Assembly: GCA_039586365.1 (NCBI GenBank)
Contig: JBDHKN010000101.1
Span: forward strand, 1 to 16,173
DNA length: 16,173 nucleotides
Direction: 5' to 3'
Origin: Gemmatimonadota bacterium
GTDB taxonomy: Bacteria > Gemmatimonadota > Gemmatimonadetes > Gemmatimonadales > GWC2-71-9
In this document: one piece after another, positions 14,798-16,173 of the stretch
Numbering within the stretch: the first letter of the stretch is position 1
How the letters are laid out: each line of letters opens with the position of its first letter
Notes under the pieces: generated by a model
Databases searched by the model: none
Seen by the model: only the letters and a program-made list of their open reading frames with translations
Told to the model about the DNA's origin: nothing
Position numbers and translations under genes: made by a program

Positions 14798-15564
14798 CGG
14801 CGCTCGTGCTAACAGGCTGGGCGGCGCTGGCCGTGGCGCTCGCGCTACTCTGGGTTCGGCAGCTGAGGACTCGAAATGCCACCAGCGTCGACGTGGCCTG
14901 GTCCGCAGGACTGGCATTCCTCGCTGTAATGTACCCCTGGTTCGCGGAGGGAGACCTGATACGCCGGGCGCTGGTGGGCACTCTGGGTGCCGCCTGGGCT
15001 CTGCGTCTCGCTTGGTATCTGTTGACCGACCGCGTACTCCGGGCCACGGCAGAGGACGGACGGTACCGTGCGATAAGAGAGCACTTCGGATCGAGGGCCA
15101 ATCTGTTCCTCTTCTTCTTTTATCAAGGTCAGGCTGCGGTGGCAGTGCTGTTTTCCTTACCGATGCTCGCAGCGATGACGGGAGGTCCGCTCGACGGGTG
15201 GGCAGTTGCTGGTGTGATCGTCTGGTTGGTCGCCGTGGCGGGTGAGACCGTCGCAGATCGTCAGTTGGCGCGGTTTCGCCGCGACCCGACCAACCGCGGT
15301 CAGGTATGCAGGGCCGGACTGTGGCTCTACTCGCGGCACCCGAACTACTTCTTCGAGTGGGTGCATTGGCTGGCCTACGTCCTGATCAGTCACGGCGCTT
15401 TGCTCACTTGGATCGGTCCGGTGGGTATGTTGTTGTTCCTGTTCCGGTTGACCGGCATCCCGTATACGGAGAAGCAGGCCCTCAAGAGCCGGGGCGATCG
15501 GTACCTTGAGTACCAGCGCACGACCAGCGTCTTCTTTCCCTGGTTTCCGCGGAGCGTGTCGTGA
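14794..15564 (+). CDS. DUF1295 membrane protein (steroid 5-alpha-reductase-like)
   Basis: Motifs VDVAWS, W..RL, EDGRY, E.VAD.QL..F, GLW.YSRHPNYFFEW..W, GIP..E, Y..YQ..TS.F.PW; GTGA overlap. Confidence 0.92.
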   Translation: MTALVLTGWAALAVALALLWVRQLRTRNATSVDVAWSAGLAFLAVMYPWFAEGDLIRRALVGTLGAAWALRLAWYLLTDRVLRATAEDGRYRAIREHFGSRANLFLFFFYQGQAAVAVLFSLPMLAAMTGGPLDGWAVAGVIVWLVAVAGETVADRQLARFRRDPTNRGQVCRAGLWLYSRHPNYFFEWVHWLAYVLISHGALLTWIGPVGMLLFLFRLTGIPYTEKQALKSRGDRYLEYQRTTSVFFPWFPRSVS

Positions 15565-16173
15565 GCTTGGCGGTTGGGTTGCTGCTGGCTGAGCGCGGTC
15601 TCGTTCCAACCGGGCTGGTGCGATTGGGTATCCGCCGCTTGTTGGCCCAGCGGCTGGCTCAGGAATCCCGGCGCGGGGTAGACGAGACTTTGGCAGCGCA
15701 GTTTGAGACGGGCCCGATAGCGCCCAGTCCCGCAGCGGCCAACGAGCAGCACTACGAGGTACCACCCCAGTTCTTCGAACTCGTACTCGGTCCGAACCTC
15801 AAGTACAGCAGCGCCTACTGGCCCGACGGAATCGGAACCCTGGGTGATGCCGAGGCGGCCATGCTTGCTGTCACCTGCGACAGGGCCGAAATCGCCGATG
15901 GACAGGAGATCCTGGAGCTGGGCTGCGGCTGGGGTTCGCTATCGCTCTACATGGCTCGCCGCTTTCCCGAGAGCCGCATCCTGGCGGTATCCAATTCGGG
16001 GCCACAGCGCAGGTACATAGAGGCAAGGGCTCCTGGGAATCTGGAGGTCGTGACCGCAGACATGAACGACTTCCAGACCCGGCGACGGTTCGACCGCGTC
16101 GTCAGCATCGAGATGTTCGAGCACATGCGGAACTATCGTGAGTTGTTCGACCGCATCGTTGGATGGGTCCGTA
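15561..16173 (+). CDS. Second CFA-synthase-like SAM methyltransferase (coclaurine N-methyltransferase-like subgroup), truncated by the window end
   Basis: Not in the ORF track. My translation from GTG 15561 gives MSLAVGLLLAERGLVP..VRLGIRRLLAQRL...ANEQHYEVPPQFF.LVLGP.LKYSSAYW...ILELGCGWGSL...VSNS..QR...DRVVSIEMFEHMRNY, open to the end; GTGA overlap with the DUF1295 stop. Confidence 0.92.
   Translation, partial: MSLAVGLLLAERGLVPTGLVRLGIRRLLAQRLAQESRRGVDETLAAQFETGPIAPSPAAANEQHYEVPPQFFELVLGPNLKYSSAYWPDGIGTLGDAEAAMLAVTCDRAEIADGQEILELGCGWGSLSLYMARRFPESRILAVSNSGPQRRYIEARAPGNLEVVTADMNDFQTRRRFDRVVSIEMFEHMRNYRELFDRIVGWVR

Noticed and set aside
13745..14917. 390-aa minus-strand ORF and other long antisense ORFs (e.g. 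1326-2033, 3031-3591, 15157-15765)
   Set aside because: Shadow frames of well-supported genes in GC-rich DNA, with no domain motifs.
1..16173. CRISPR arrays, tRNA/rRNA genes, transposases, integrases, defence genes
   Set aside because: None seen on reading both strands.

Overview
GC-rich bacterial chromosomal window; the csp/rpsU sequences suggest Gemmatimonadota or a similar lineage, but this is inference only. Left part: the 5' end of a nucleotidyltransferase running off the window edge, a secreted alpha/beta-hydrolase-TPR protein lacking its catalytic Ser, a secreted beta-propeller glycosidase-like protein, a Tat-exported class V PLP enzyme, and a csp-rpsU operon with a long structured leader. 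Middle: a B12-binding radical SAM/DUF4070 enzyme with a STAS-like C-terminal extension, converging on a TonB-dependent receptor. Right part: a translationally coupled lipid-modification operon (acyl-CoA desaturase, FAD oxidoreductase, DUF1365, CFA-type methyltransferase, DUF1295, second methyltransferase) resembling the furan-fatty-acid (Ufa) photo-oxidative stress cluster. Three candidates stand out: (1) a ZTP-riboswitch-like pseudoknot RNA with a rewritten ligand pocket between rpsU and a terminator; (2) back-to-back promoters overlaid with 11-bp-phased TnnACA repeats (CarH/LitR-like operator) that would co-regulate the TonB receptor and the lipid operon; (3) the radical SAM-STAS-like fusion. 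All assignments come from reading motifs by eye; no searches were run.
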